Assembly (NCBI GenBank): GCA_028534125.1
Contig: CM052828.1
Coordinates: forward strand, 1,922,001 to 1,986,000
DNA length: 64,000 bases
Direction of reading: 5' to 3'
Source of the DNA: Lama glama
Lineage: Eukaryota
Under the pieces are notes generated by a model. It saw only the letters and a list, made by a program, of their open reading frames with translations, did no database searches and was not told the DNA's origin. This document shows positions 27,066 through 40,018 of this stretch, one piece after another (within the stretch, counting starts at the first letter, position 1; each line of letters opens with the position of its first letter). The position numbers and the translations under genes are program-made.

Positions 27066-27246
27066 GCGTCTGAAGTTCTATGCAATTTTATCACATGCAG
27101 ATTTGCATTTCTCATCTTATTCTGATGCGTCTGAAGTTCTATGCAATTTTATCACATGCAGATTTGCATTTCTCATCTTATTCTGATGCGTCTGAAGTTC
27201 TATGCAATTTTATCACATGCAGATTTGCATTTCTCATCTTATTCTG
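27066..27246. repeat. Perfect 61-bp tandem repeat x3 next to a gap
   Basis: Unit gcgtctgaagttctatgcaattttatcacatgcagatttgcatttctcatcttattctgat starts at 27066, 27127 and 27188. Confidence 0.95.
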
Positions 27247-27914
27247 TCTCATGTCCATTTAATCCTCAGACCAGCCAGCAGAACTTCAGAGGGTTGAGGA
27301 AAATTTCTTCTTCCTCGACAGTACCATACACGTGTGCAATCCTTCACAATCACATACTCTGTTTCATGTGATCCTCAAGATGACTTTTTGAAGGAGGTAG
27401 ACCAGAGGCTTCCTCATTTTGCAGGTTAAGAGTCTAAAGCTTAAAGAGGTTGGAGGATGTGCCCCCACCTTAAGGTCACAGAGAAAGGGGCAAGAGGACA
27501 GAAGTCCTCGGGACCTGTCCATGTCAGTTAACAGGCGTGAGCTCTGCAGTCGAAGTGTGAGGGAGAGGGTGTGCACACCGTCACAGAGCCACCACAGGGC
27601 CACACTGAGGACATGGCACAGCCCCAGCAGACCTCTAGCACCCGGGTCAGGGACCTCAACAATAAACCAGGCTGCTTTCATGTAATGATGCTGAGTGTGT
27701 AGACTACGTCAACATTTACGCAGCCTTATGTATGTTCTACTTATTCCCATGACTGCTTTGTACTGATTCAAGGTCAAAATACACAGACAAAAGAAATATT
27801 ATGTCTTTTTTTTAATCCCCAGTACATGATTTCTCTCTTTCACACACACACACATGCACACACACACCCACAGACCTTTTTTTTTTAATTGCTTGGTGTT
27901 ACATGAGGGGTCAT

Positions 27915-27997
27915 GCCTTTTATTTTAATTGAAGTCTAGTTAATTTACAATGTTGTGTTAGTTTCAGGTGTTCAGCATAGTGATTCAGTTACACATA

Positions 27998-28040
<43 letters not shown>

Positions 28041-28145
28041 TCTTTTTCAGATTTTTTCCATTATAGGTTATTATAAGATATTGAATATAGTTCCCTGTGG
28101 TCTACAGTAGGACTTTGCTGTTTATCTATTTTATATATAGTATCA
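27915..28145 (-). mobile_element. L1 3'-end fragment containing (GT)n at 28001-28032
   Basis: aattgaagtctagttaatttacaatgttgtgttagtttcaggtg..gaatatagttccctgtg. Confidence 0.85.
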
Positions 28146-30624
28146 CACACCTTTATCCAGTTCAGCAAATACCTATTTCTTGGTGTGCTATGGGTAAACA
28201 TTCTAAATATGTAGCTATATGAACACATCTCTGCTTAAAATTAAGTATATGTTTAATTCTATTTCATTTTTATAGTTTTAAACTTCTTTTTTGTTTTTGT
28301 TCCTTACTGATTATATGATTTACATCATACAGGATTTTTATTCTTATATGGTTTATGTGTCTCAGGTATAAATCTTTGCCTGATAATGTACCCATTTTTG
28401 AGAGCTTCAATACATCACACACTTGCTTTTATAAATCCTTAATACTGACATTGCCTGGAAGATAAAAGCTAGTAACCTTTTTATGGCATCTAATATGATT
28501 GAACAGCAGTCTGATGCAATTTTAAAAATAAGAAATGTGAACTTTCAAACTATCCATGCTAATAAATTTGACAACTACTCAACAAGACAATCCAATCAAT
28601 CATTATATGATAAATCTGTTCTTACTGCACTCATGATAATTTTATGTTTACAGAGTTCATTAACATGCCCAAGAAAATCAGCACATCCTAAATTTTGTGT
28701 ATAATTGAAACGCTATTGATTGTAAAGTTGTAACTCAGTTCAGCAAGACTGTGGAAGTGCGGTATTTTTAACCTGTTAAAGTGATTTCATAGATATTATC
28801 TTATTTCAGTCTCATAACAGCCTAGTGATTTGGTAGGAAACTGCTCATTCCATTGCACAGATAAGGAAATTGGTGTCCTGCAAAGTTAAGCACCATCTCA
28901 CGCTGGGACTTAAAGTGAGGTCCTTCACCCCCATCTCTTACCTTAGTGTTACTAGTGAGTGCCAGACACAATGCAGGCACTCAAACATTATTTCCTTCTA
29001 TGCCCATACCCTCCCTCATTGGGAAGGAAGCTGCTCCCACTGCATCACTTCGGGGGAGAGGGCCACATCCCCTCTCTGTGCCCAGCCCTCCCCATCTGCA
29101 ACCCGGGGCTGACTTGTTCCATCCGCTGACCACTTCATCCAGAGTGGACCAGCCTCCACTCTGTCTAAAAGCTCTATTAATCACCTGCAGGCAAGTGTTG
29201 CCATAAGAGCAGCCATTCTTTGCTCGTGGAATATTCTCTTGCACATCATAAAGGGACATGGGATGTGCACAGCGTTCTCTGCCCACTGATTCTCGACTTT
29301 CTCTCACACCTCAGGAGCCAAACCATCGTTGCTATTGGGGAACGGGATTGGCTGTCCAGCTACGGAGTCCACGCATTTGGCTTTGACGCCTGAATCCACT
29401 GCCTGCGGCTCATACGAGCACAGTGTGTCCATCCATCCAAGACTTCTTGACCTTCCCAGCAGAGACGCCCTATCTTGGCAACCTGGGCTTCCCCCGGAGC
29501 AGGCGGACTTGGCACATACATGACGTCATTTATGGAGCAGGAGAGAAACACGCCAGCTCCATCCACTCACCAAGGTGAACGTTAAGCCTGGACACCCCAG
29601 CCTTAAACCATGACCACTGTGTGACCAGGGCCATGTCCGGAGGAAACAGGGACGCCTCGGGTGCCCCCTCCTCCTTCACTGTTCTCTGTGCCCCTGGTTC
29701 ACAGGGCCACCCTCTGCAGCAGATGCAGTTTCCCTAGAAACAGTCTTTTCACCCATTTTATAGCAAACAATAGAGCCAGAATCGGCTTTAGTGATCTCCT
29801 GCAAATGGGGTACATGTTCCCCTAAAGATGGGAATTAAAAGTCAACATTACTTTTCATCATGTTTGATCAAACAAATCTAGAGGCAGCTAAATCCTCCGT
29901 GATGTGCTGAAAATGTACCCATGAAAGTCCCTCACACTACAGGAACAAGGAGCCAAAACAGAGAGACCTCGGGCCCCAGAAAACCTCCCCTGGCATTACC
30001 CTCAGAAAAACGGTCTTGCTTTCCTTAATGTCAGAACAAAGCATGAGTCAGCAAAGACTTTAAGATGGCATCTTTGCAAAATGGAGAAGTCAGATTAATT
30101 CACCCTGTAAATCAATAGACCAAGCTGAAGATTTACATAAATGCACTTTACAGAGCCCCAAAATGAAGGTGAGTGATGCGTGTGTGTGTGTAATTAAAGA
30201 TTCCCAGTAAAACGTACAGCAGAAAAGATACTGTATCCGAGATTTAATAAGTGTGTGAATTATTCCCTCCGCTCTCCAAATCCCTTCTGCGTTGCATAGC
30301 TCTTCCGTGTCTGTGTGGCTGGAAGTTCCTCAGGAGTGTGTTATTTCTCCTTGCTGCCCCTTCTTGGTCAGAGGTAGGACCATGGATACAGAAGGCACTC
30401 AATAAAGAATGGACAGTTTACTCACCATGGCCAATTTCCAAGTAATAAAAGTCACATATGCTTTTACAGAGCATCTTAAACAAAGTTGATGTAAACCTCA
30501 GCATTTGGTCGGTCAGCGAGGACTGTTAACTGCTGGGGGCAGGGGTCTGGAGGGACTGGCACTGGAACAAACCTCGGACTCTTAGGTTTACCTTTGAAAG
30601 CTCAGTTATCTCAAAAATGAAATT

Positions 30625-30855
30625 TTACATAACAGTAATATACCATATGGGTGAATCATATAGTATGTGAATTATATCTCAATAAAGCTCTTAAAAATAA
30701 TATATTGAAAACAGGAGGCTATCATCCATATCTTGTAATCACCCAGAATGAAAAAGAATGTGAAAAGTAATAAGAATATACATATGACTGAATCACTGTG
30801 CTGTACCGCAGAAACCAACACACTATAAATCAACCATCCTTCAATTAAAAAACAA
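30625..30855 (+). mobile_element. Two adjacent L1 3'-end fragments
   Basis: gtatgtgaattatatctcaataaagct and actgaatcactgtgctgtac..cttcaattaaaaaa. Confidence 0.75.
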
Positions 30856-31359
30856 TGATACTATATTAAAGACAGATTCTATGACTGAAATTCATCTCTT
30901 TTGATATTATCTAGTATTATTATTATCTGGCTTTTTGACAGACACTCATTCGCTTGAAAACCAGTTTCTTTGGGAGCCTGGCGGGGGCTTGGCACACCTG
31001 CCATTTGACCCAGCGGCGGGAACCGCCGAGCTAGCCTCGGTCCTGCTTGAGGAGGAGGAAACCGAGCTGCCAAGAGACGAAGTAACAGAGCTCCACCATA
31101 CAGAGCCAGTTTTCAAAGCCACGTCGACCTAACCCCAAGGAAGTGAATTTAAAATCCCAGGTAATCTTTCTCAGGCATTAGCAGGGCCCCAGGGGAGTAT
31201 GAAGGTGAGTGGACGGCAGCCTTTCCTCAGGATCAGCACTTCCTCAGGACAGTCACTGCGCGTCAGCGTGTAATAGACCAGAGCGTCGGTGCATAAAGCC
31301 CGGGAGCTGGTTCACGTATCAGCGGACACTGATCAGGATTAGGTGTAACTTACATTTTA

Positions 31360-31452
31360 GGGGGGGGGTGTAGCTCAGAGGCAGAGCGTGTACTTGGCGT
31401 TCACAAGGTCCCGGGTTCCACCCTCAGTCCCTCCATCAAATAAATGAACCCT
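31360..31452 (+). mobile_element. Vic-1-like tRNA-derived SINE (camelid)
   Basis: G-run followed by TGTAGCTCAGAGGCAGAGCG..GGTCCCGGGTTC..CTCCATCAAATAAAT, with A/B boxes. Confidence 0.85.
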
Positions 31453-31549
31453 AGATGTCATTTATGGTTTACATTTAAAACCTAACAAGTTAAGATCTTT
31501 ACACTCAGAGTAACTATCATTTAATTTCTCATTTAAGGTTCTGTTTATG

Positions 31550-31675
31550 TAAGGTTGCCAGATTTCACAAATGAAATTATGCCTAGTTAAGTCTGAATTT
31601 CAAGTAAATAACAAATAATTTCTTAGCATTTGTTTATCTTCTGCAGTAGTTTCTGTAATTTATCTGGCAACCCTG
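31550..31675. mobile_element. MER53-like hAT MITE
   Basis: Terminal inverted repeats taaggttgccagat ... atctggcaaccctg. Confidence 0.75.
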
Positions 31676-34299
31676 TTAGAACTTTTCTTTAATGGTTAAG
31701 TCCATCACTGCATTGAAAACAAAGAGAAGGACTAAACCTCTCATACTACGTTAAAATAGTGCACAAAGTCCAGAGACGCCCAAATTCAGACTCTTCTCCG
31801 GCACTGAGTACTTTGATGAAGTAAGATCTGTGAAGTTGAAATGATCACCCATAAAAATATTCAGGTGGCTTTGAATCATTTTTAAATGTTGTCATCTCAG
31901 AACACATGAACAGGACCTGTGAACTGCAGAGGCCACAATTTCTTGACTGGGTGATAGACTCTTGGCTGAATCCAGAGCAGATACGGAAAAGGAATGCTCG
32001 TCTGGATGGAATGATGCTGCGAGTGGACCACTGATCCCCCTTACAAACTGAGAAGCTGTCCTGGGCTTCATGTCAGTGTGCCCTGAGACCCCCAAGAGGG
32101 ACACTGGTGCAGGGACCACCGCTCAGGGTCGGCAGCTGGAGCGCTCACTGATGTGCAGCGAGAAAGGCAAACTTAGGCGCCATCCAGTAGACCCCTCCTT
32201 CCACAAATAAGAAACGGTTGGGGCTCTGCTCTCTCTTAATGTGACATTTTATAATCTGCAAAACAGGGCTGCCTATTTCATCAGGCTGTTGTGAGAATGG
32301 AGAGACAACATACATGAAATGCGGTATTTGATCATAACTGCCATAAACTGAGTGCACCAGGCCTTGCAGGAAATTTAAAGATGCCCTGCGCTGTAGCCCC
32401 TCTCTTAAAGATGAAGTTACACGACTTCCCAATCAGCACGAAGAGGAGCCGAGGCCCAGGTGGAGCCACGCCCCTGGTCCCCGTCCAGGGGTCCCCTGTT
32501 TCTCCCACTTCCTCAGGCTCCCTTAGGCACTGGCACGGCGGCTCCACCCTCAACCTAAATCTGACACCATGTGCTACGCGCAGCACTTAAGGGACGCAAA
32601 GTCAACAAGGAGAAAGGGACATATAACACAAACTAAAATAGTAACAGGATTGGCAATTCAGAAAGCAAATTACCACCCAGGTCGTCCAAGATCAGAACGG
32701 CCACGGGAACCGTTCCCATTTCCAGTTTGGCACTCTTTGCACGGGGCCGATTAGTGGTCCTCACTCCCTTGGACTCAGGGCAGGACAGTCAATATCGTCC
32801 TCCAGTCTGCCGTCACGCGGGGTTTAATAGGAGGCAGACAGAGGGAGGTGGCCTTCCCCTCCAGCAGCGCACTCCTGCAGCCACGTGTAAATCAGCATTC
32901 CTACTTTAAGAGAGGGGTCCCTAGCAAGTATTGAACACATTTTTTGTACTTGGTGCTGCTTAAGAAGCACTCGGTCAAAAGACCATTTCAACATTCGTTC
33001 CTTTAGGGAAAAGGCACGAGAAACTACTCGAGCCTGCAGCCTGGGGGATGGGTGGGCAGAACACCCACTTAACAGCCACATGGTGCCAGGGACTGCGTTA
33101 GGTGCCTTCAGGTGCACTGGCTCATTTCGACCCTGCAAAACTATGTGAACAACATCTCTGACACGGGAAGGAATGGAAGCCCGCGGGAGCTGAGTGAATT
33201 TTCAGGGGCTGCAGAGCTGAGATCTGAACCCACAGCTGCTGAGAGCAAATCCAGTATACAGCAGCAATACACGAGATGCTGCCATCCTTGGTCTTAAAAG
33301 AAGGCTGTAACTAGACTTCTTTTCCTAATTATGTGAAGAATAGAAAACACCATGTTAGTCATGGAAAAGATCTTACAGACCAAGCAAGGAACCAGGAAAG
33401 TATGGGAAGATGGATGATCTGGCTTGATTCGTTTGATAGGGAGACTGAAGGAGCTTTGACCTCGACAGTAAAGAAGGGAAAATGGGCCAAAAAGCCAGGG
33501 GAGGTATAGAAAGGATGAAGGGACGGCCATGGAAGGAGGACACTGGGTGTCATTTGTCCCCGACATGAAGTAAGACTTTGCGGCAAGATTAGGGAAGGAA
33601 AACTGGTTAGTCACAAATAAAACCACTGGGACGTGATAACCATGCATCCACCGAGTACGTGCTTGGCTATCAGTGAACAGCTTAAGCAAACGATGTGGGA
33701 GATTTGCTTTTTAAGTGACAAATAAAGCAGGAGTTTGCCCGTTGCTTTCATCCGCATTGGGGGAGCAATGGGAGGTCCCCTCCATGTAACTTCAGGGCAG
33801 CATATGAGCTGACCTGCATTCCGCCTTCTACTAAACAAACAGGCTTTCCTTGCATAGAGAGGGAAAATATTGAAGCCCCCAGACGGGCTCGTGAGGAACA
33901 AGCCCAGCACTCCCCACTGCAGTATCAACCTCGTTTTAAGCAAAAGATAAAGAGCAAGAGATTTTTGTCGTGGTGGTGCTTAAAACCGGGATGCTCTTTC
34001 TAAGAATTCAACAATCGCTTATTAAAATAAGACATAATAACTAAGTAAAATGTTTTTAACTAAAAGCAGGATTTTCAGATATTTCTACGTAAGATAACAG
34101 TTACATGTGGAATGATTTAAGGGCATGCTATTTAAATGAGGACAATTACTGTAAACTAAACTGGAAGCCACTCTGGGAGTCTTGGCCCCAGGATCCACAT
34201 TAGAGCAATAGACCCTTTGTGAGCAAACCTTCCACCCTCAGTGGAAATTATAATGACAAAGCCGGAGGTCTGAGCACCTCTCCAGAAATGCTGCAGCAG

Positions 34300-34720
34300 C
34301 GGCTCACCCACAAGCCAGCCGGTTGCAGCCGAACTGGGAATTTTTAAAGGAACCCCTTACTTACAGGGCACAAGGCGGTAAAGAAGCACCTCTGTCCTCT
34401 CAGAAGGCGGTATCCCTGGGCAACGACCAGCCGTCCTGGAAAACGACCTCAGAGCCTGGGCGCCCGGGTCCTAGCCTGGCTCTCAGCAGATGGACGGGGC
34501 CCCACAGCCGCGCCCGCCTCCTGTGGGCTCCCGGCCCCTCCTGTGACATCTAGCCGGGTCCTCGCGCAGTCCCTGATCCCGGCCAGTGTCGCGTCCCCGG
34601 CCTTTGTTGTCCTTCTGTCACATCAGCAGTTTCCAGCGTGACTGCCGCCGCAGCCACTGGTCCAGGCCACTGGGTGCCCTGCCGCAGTCAGCAGCACCCC
34701 CTCCCCGCCCAGACGCTTTT
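34300..34720 (-). promoter_or_regulatory. Small CpG-rich patch; candidate distal SACS promoter/first exon or enhancer
   Basis: Local CpG enrichment at 34450-34720, a GC box at about 34701-34710, and a minus-strand donor CCT|GTAAGT after 34365. Confidence 0.3.
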
Positions 34721-35216
34721 TTTTTCTTTTTAAAGAGATAGGACCAGCGTCAACCTTAGTTTTCCATCATGCTGCAAAATGCGCATGGTCGCTCGAGCTG
34801 GGGATGCTGCTGGCAGTAAGCACGTTGCCTTTTCTCTTCAAGTTGCAAGGACTCATTCGGGAGGAGGGTATGACCAGCCCTGGGCTCTACTGGACACACA
34901 CAGCCCCAAGGCCCTGTGACACAGACAAGGCGCCTCTGGTAGCATTCCCCCCTCGTGGAAAATGAAGAGTGTGACCCAGCAACGTCCATTCTACAAATCC
35001 TGTAATTTACTAGAATTAACTAGAAAAACAGCTACAGGCTTGCTGATGAAACAGGACCACACCCTGCGTTTGCCCTGCAGGTTATGGCTCACAAGGTGCT
35101 TTCTGCATTTTATTTGGATTGGGGAGTGCGGTTCCAAAGGGTTAAAAAAAAAGCAGTCGCTCAAAATGCTTTGGAAACCTTGGGAAATACCAAGAAAGTC
35201 AGATTTTTATGGACAG

Positions 35217-35350
35217 CCCCCCACCCCCCTCACCTCCCCACCCCCACCCCTACCCTCACCCCTACCTGCACCCTCACCCCCCACCCCTACCCTCACCCCC
35301 TCCCCAGCCTTACCCCCTACCCCTCCCCTCACCCCCCACCTCCACCCACC
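35217..35350. repeat. C-rich low-complexity (CCC(T/A)CA-like) tract
   Basis: About 130 nt with many C3-C5 runs. Confidence 0.9.
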
Positions 35351-37736
35351 TTGGGCAAACCATCCTCCTCAATACAGCTTCCTAGCAGACAAGGCTGCTC
35401 CATCAGTGGGGCTTATCCAGAACCACTGGAACCTTGAAGCTCTGGGTTGCTTTACCTCGGAGGAAAATACCTAACTTAGCTCAGCAAAATCTGGAGCGCT
35501 TCCCTGGGGAGACCAAAGCAGGCCCCCAACTGTCAGGTTCACTCCAGACCAGAGCCGCCTGCCTCTCTGCAGACCGACCCTGCACAGGGCTGCCATTTAA
35601 GACACCAAATTTGCTGGCATTTCCTTGGCATCTTAGTCTCAAAGAGTCACATTATATAATGTCCTAGGAGACAGCAGAGAAGTGTCTCATGCTAACAGAA
35701 TCACTAGGTGACAGCCCGTTTCTGCTGGGGAGAAAGGGTGTCCCTGCTTCTAACCACAGAACTGCGTGCGCCCCCAGCACTCCGGCCCTCGGTGGCAGGC
35801 ACCTGTGGAGGTGAGCCTGCCCCTCCAGAAGCTACCTCAGTTCTAGCAGCGCCGTCTGGGTGGTCACCAGGTGAATGAAGCTCACATCACCTGTGCCCGG
35901 CACTCCGTGGGGGACAACTCTGCCACTTGTCCAGGACTTTTAAAGAACTGGCACCAGCAGCCCTCTGGCTTGTCCTCCTGGAAGACCCCCAGCTGTGGCT
36001 CTCGCCACGGCCCACACTTCCTCTCCAGCCACACCGTGGGGCTACCCTCTCTGCACGCGTGGCCCGCGCGGGCCTCCTGCAAGAGTGGTCTGCTTGTCAG
36101 ATCCCTATCAACTCAGACGCGGTCGCCATTCACCCTGAGAGACATCAGCGCATCTCAGCACCTCCCCGTAAGCCTGGAGTCTCAGCTTCTGGACCCCCGT
36201 CCCAGACCCTGTCAGCTGGCCCATGCTCAGAGCCAGCCCTCTCCCAGCCCCAGCAGCTGCTGTGGACAGTTCCACAGGCAGACGTGGGTTCGCGCCCTGT
36301 GAGCCAGTCGGCGTCTGGCCAAGTCCCCTGTGCTCCTGACCCTCAGTCTCTTCATCTGTGAAATGGGAACACTACCTTCCGCTGGGGGAGTGCACAGTGC
36401 TCGGCATGTGATCAATAATTTCTAGGTGTTCAAACCATAGAGGTTATTTGTTTTGTGCGTTACAGCTCCTGCTTCAAGACGCTTCCCCCATTCGAGAATA
36501 AGTGTAGAGGTGGGGGTGAGACACTCGCCCTAAACACTACCTGTGTAGGCTCAGCTCAGTGTTCAGAAAATCCCGTTACATCTGTCACACCCACAGGAAA
36601 ATGATCCCATGGCATTTCCTAGGAAGGACATGTGGCCCCTGAACCGTGGGAACGTGAGGGGCATCGGAAACCACAACCACAGCCAGGACCCCGTGAGCAT
36701 GCGGCCCCTCGTACAACGGGGCCAGCAGGGCCAGGCACTGGCCACACCGAAGGCGTCTCCTCTGCCCCACAGCTCTGGCCCTGGCAGGTGCCATGGAATA
36801 AGGCCAGTCTTAGCTGCACAGAGGAGCTCGGGGCAGAGCGCTCTTCCTCCCCAGGCCGAGTCTGTTCCTGTGCCTCTCTGTGCAGGTGGGGCACCAGAAT
36901 AGGCCACTTTGGCCTAAGGATTGTTTTGACCTGAAGACAACGGAGAAACAGCAGACCCAGAAAAGTGCAACATCCTCCTCTTAGTCACCAGAGAGGCCTC
37001 CGGGCGCCCACCGCTCGGGGATCAGCAGGACCGCCCTCGCCAAAGCCGCGCCTCCTGCTGGCTGCCCCCTGCGCTCTCCCCACCGTAGGCTGCCAGGCCC
37101 GGCACCAAACCCCTCCTCCTCTGTGGCGCACACCTCTACACGTCCATGTCCTTTGCTAAGGTCCAGCGAGGGCCGCACGTTCTCACCACCCCTTTCTGGC
37201 TCATCAGTGAGTCTCCGGGGTGTGCGCGCGGGGCTGGCGTTACGAAAAGGCCCACGTGCTTTACTCCTGTGACTTTGTCCTTGGTCAGTGTCATTCCAGA
37301 GTCTGGGCAGGCCCAAGGAGGGTAGGGGACGGCTTTCTGCTCCCCTCCAGCCACAGTCACTTGTCAGCTGTTCTCTGGGCCGTCAGTCCCTGAGCTCAGC
37401 TCTGATCTCACGGTGCCCGCAGCCGTCTCGTCCTGCGATGTTCCAGAAGGACCAGGCTTTCCGGGGCCCTTCACCCCGTCAGAAACAGGGCCATCGGCCC
37501 CCTTCCTGGTGCATAGCTCGCTGTATGGGGCCAAAGCCATGCTCTGCTTTCCTGGGCTTCAAGACAGAGCGGAATCACAGAGAAGAAATGCAAACTTTGT
37601 GCATCTTAATCGCGGCGTCCCCGAGTCTGCCACAAGATGCTGTGGAGGCAAAACTATGATCGACTTTTCGAGTGATGCTTGAAGCCATCCTAGTTACCTA
37701 AAAAAAAATAGACAATGTACAGGATCGTTGACTCAC

Positions 37737-37840
37737 CAGGAAAGGAACACTGTTGTCAACAACCCAAACCTCCTCCGTGAGGCTGCAAAGCAGAGTCTGT
37801 TCAACTGGAGGTTCTCTCAGATCAGCCTCCCATCTCCTGC
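37737..37840 (-). other. Candidate non-coding first exon of SACS
   Basis: Consensus donor CTG|GTGAGT after 37737, with no polypyrimidine acceptor just upstream. It lies about 17 kb upstream of exon 2. Confidence 0.3.
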
Positions 37841-39098
37841 GGGTTTTTTTGTTTTCTTTTTAACTTGAAAAATAGCTCATTTTAAATATACAAAGATCAA
37901 CCACAATCCCACCACTCAGAAAACACTGCTGGCCTTTGAGCAGGTATAAATCCTCCCAGGAACTTCCTGGGCATCTGTGTGTCACCAGCGACTGTTGATT
38001 TCTGCGCTGAGCTCCCCCCCGCCCCGCCCCCACCGCATGAGGCCCAGCTCCATGTGCCGCAAACAGCAGAAAACACGCGGAGCCTGCGTTCCAGTGGGAG
38101 AGACCGAATGTACTTCAATAAACACATGTGCCAAGTGGTAAATAAACGTTAAGAAGAAAATTAGGCTGTGAGGGAAGACAGTGAGAGCCTGGGGAGAGAA
38201 GGGGTTTAACGAAAAATTATTTACTGGACACTTAACCGTATACCAGCCTTAAGAGATACAGGAGTTTCAGGTTTAGAATCAGAGTTACAATTCTTAACTT
38301 GACAAGATCAAAGCCAACAATAATCAAAGAAAATACCAAATACAGTCACTCAACGCTTTCGTGTATTTCTTTCATTATGTTTTTCTTTAACACTCAAAAT
38401 GTTACGTTTATTTTTAACTCCACAAGTCACACACAATTGCATTCTCCTTGTAAATGATTCAAACACTCCAGCTAAAATAAACCTTCCTTTATAACCAGCA
38501 CATCGCCCATTTCTCATCTCAGAGTAAGTAACCCTAATCATACAGCGCGAGGGAACCTAGACCCTCTCGACCCTCTGATATGTGTGTGACCACAAACATA
38601 GTAACAGGTTGTACTGAGTCTTCAAAGAATATAAATTAGATTTTCCTTTCTGCAACTTGTATTTTTCACCTAACAATCTGTCAGAAACTATTCTTAAATT
38701 TCATGCCAGTGCCCCAATCTTTCTAAGTCTTGCCTGCTACTGTGCAGTTACGACCCATCAATGCATTTAATGCTTCCCTTCTTGACAGGTGTTAAGATGA
38801 TGTCCAATTGCAACATTAAAAACCAAGACAGTACCTGCCTCTTTATGTTCATGTGACTGTTTTCCTAAGGCAGGTAGCTATGGTGTGGAATTGGTGTAGG
38901 ATTTAAGTTTTGATACAGACTGTCCAATGACTCCATCCATTTAAAGTTCTTGTATTGGTTTAAAATTCCACCAGAAGTACATCCTTTGCAAAATTAGAGC
39001 TACAATATATTTATTATTTAAGACTGCATTTCCTCCCATATAACTAAATTCTGTGAACATTTTCCTATGTATTCAAGTGTCCTTTTAAGAGACAGTTT

Positions 39099-39286
39099 GG
39101 GGGGGCAGGGTATAGCTCAGCGGTAGATTACATACTCCGTGTGCATGAGGTCCTAGGCTCATTCCCCAGCACCTCCATCAAAATAACTAACTAAATAAAG
39201 CTAATTACTTCCACCCAAAGGGGAAAACAAAAACAAAAACAAAAAGAAGATCCACATGCACAAAAAAATATATAAAATTTTTTTTA
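39099..39286 (+). mobile_element. Vic-1-like SINE with target-site duplication
   Basis: GGGTATAGCTCAGCGGTAGA..TAATTACTTCCACCC and an A-rich tail. TSD agacagttt at 39090-39098 and 39291-39299. Confidence 0.9.
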
Positions 39287-40018
39287 AAAAAGACAGTTTT
39301 TAACAGAGGCTCATTACATTGCATTAGGTGTATTATATCGGCTTTTATCAATTTCTTCTCTAATATTGCTGAATATTTCAGATACATCCAATCGCAGCTG
39401 TAAGTCTTTGTGTGCATTTAGAATGGTTTCCTTACGCTATATTCTTTGAAGTTAACAGTGGACCGAAGAGGATGGACACATTTAAAGCATCTTATACCAG
39501 CTGCAAAATTGCCCTCCTGAAAGATGTCCCCAGTTGACATTCCCACCAGCAGGGGTGAGAATGACCACGTCTGGTTTCAGATGAGCATTGCAGGTGCCCA
39601 GGATTTCCAAGGTATGAGGAAGTCATGAAGGACTTTGTGAAGTCGCCGACCCCACCCCGCCGTGGAAGGGCCCCACAGAGATGTGGGGCGACGTGGCAGG
39701 CCAGGTGAGGACATGCCAGCTATGTCCAACACCTGGCTTCACACCTGCCTCGGGGGACCTGGAAACACGACTTGTCCTTACACATCAGCGTCCTTGAATG
39801 TAAAGCGGGGTGCTAATACCCCACTGGGCGTGTGTGTGGAATAAACGAGCCTGCATACGTGCAGCTGTGTGCACGACACCTGGTCCTGCTCTCCCACAGA
39901 TATTAGCAAGCCTTTATCACAACCTCTCTGTTGTCTATGGAATGAGCAGCGTTAAGCGCCAACATTCATTTATTCAGCATCTTACCGAGGACTGTTTATG
40001 AACCGGACACAGAGACAG

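Larger units (their letters stand above)
26321..27320 (+). mobile_element. MER34-like ERV1 solo LTR interrupted by an L1 3' fragment, an assembly gap and a 61-bp tandem
   Basis: Starts tacaggggagcaaaatctgccaccccaaa and ends ttcttcctcgaca. The 4-bp flanks gtgc/gtac resemble a TSD. Confidence 0.72.

Noticed and set aside
27066-27246. Perfect 61-bp x3 repeat as a CRISPR-like or functional array
   Set aside because: There are no spacers. The unit spans an L1/LTR junction and abuts a 100-N gap, so it is a simple tandem duplication or an assembly artefact.
36376-36930. Strong minus-strand acceptor at 36930 with a downstream ATG..AG|gtagtg as a possible SACS coding exon
   Set aside because: The ATG and donor lie within a MIR-like repeat, the peptide has no sacsin similarity, and the true exon 2 is at 20.3-20.8 kb.
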